64,000 nucleotides of DNA. Origin: Callorhinchus milii (taxonomy: Eukaryota). Each line of letters opens with the position of its first letter. Position 1 is the first letter of the stretch. The stretch lies in contig NW_024704742.1 of the NCBI RefSeq assembly GCF_018977255.1, forward strand, positions 11,100,001 to 11,164,000. Reading direction: 5' to 3'. The notes beneath the pieces were generated by a model, which was not told where the DNA came from, did not search any database, and saw only the letters and a program-made list of their open reading frames with translations. The position numbers were made by a program, and so were the translations under genes. Shown here one piece after another: positions 63,241 to 64,000 of this stretch.

Positions 63241-64000
63241 CAATGGGGGCTGTTCACATTCTTCTTTTGATTGTTTACAAACCTAACTATTACAGAAATG
63301 CAAAGATCAGTTTAATGCAGTTATTATAAGTCACTTTCACACACGCTTGTGATTTGTGAACCTTCTTTAAACAGTGCCCGGAGAACCAAACACGACTGAT
63401 ATAACATGACATCCTTTGGGACTTGTGGTAAAACAGCTGAAACTTGTTTAGTCTCTGGAATTTATGGCTGAAAAAGGGGTTCCATGGAACAGACTGAAGT
63501 CTCAAATCTTTTTGTAGATTCAAAACTCTTTTTGGAATCAGTCTTTTTTTATCATTAAAAAAAGTACAAGTTACGGTTCCGAGCTAATTCTCTGCCTGCT
63601 TCACACGTGATATGTAAAGGTTCAGACAGATGCAGGAAAACACGACTTCCAAAGCACAGTGACACCTACTTATAATGTAAAACTATTATTTGAACCGTTT
63701 ATGTGGGTGAGCACTGGGGAATAAATGTTTAATTTAAATCAAAATCGCTTGAACCGGTGTACAGGTGTGCTCTAAGTATCNTTTTTTATGTTGCATTACT
63801 TCAAAACACCAACTGTATTGAGTGATTTGTTATATAAATTCTACATAGCTACCACGAGAATCGCCAAAGGCCAAAGTGTTTGCAGGGCAGTTGATTCAAT
63901 ACAAAAGCCATGCGAATTAATGCATTAGATTGCTTTTGGAATGATATCAATGGAATCCCTCTTGGTGTAAAAAGCATTGCATTGGGATCACATTGCCTTT

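Overview
Eukaryotic, AT-rich, repeat-dense non-coding DNA, most likely a large intron or gene desert of a cartilaginous fish. A holocephalan is suggested by the SINE types; this is an inference from recalled repeat consensus sequences. I can support no intact protein-coding gene, rRNA gene, true tRNA gene or CRISPR array. The longer ORFs in the track are decayed retroelement fragments or chance readings of SINEs. Content: (i) about 20 substantial copies of a tRNA(Ala-like) head / CORE-like / Deu-like / L2-tail SINE in old-long and young-short forms; (ii) older SacSINE1-like and AmnSINE2-like SINEs; (iii) many L2 and CR1 LINE fragments, often nested; (iv) a decayed Penelope-like element with a GIY-YIG endonuclease; (v) an old unclassified repeat with a shared A-rich end. 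The most interesting item is a 150-bp non-coding Penelope-derived insertion (32916-33065). It has a perfect 17-bp target-site duplication, an intact minimal hammerhead-ribozyme core and an inverted decayed copy of that core. A gap-free 62-nt palindrome at 1038-1099 and a visible SINE tail shift towards the local L2 partner are also notable. Coordinates of old repeats are approximate (about +/-20 bp).
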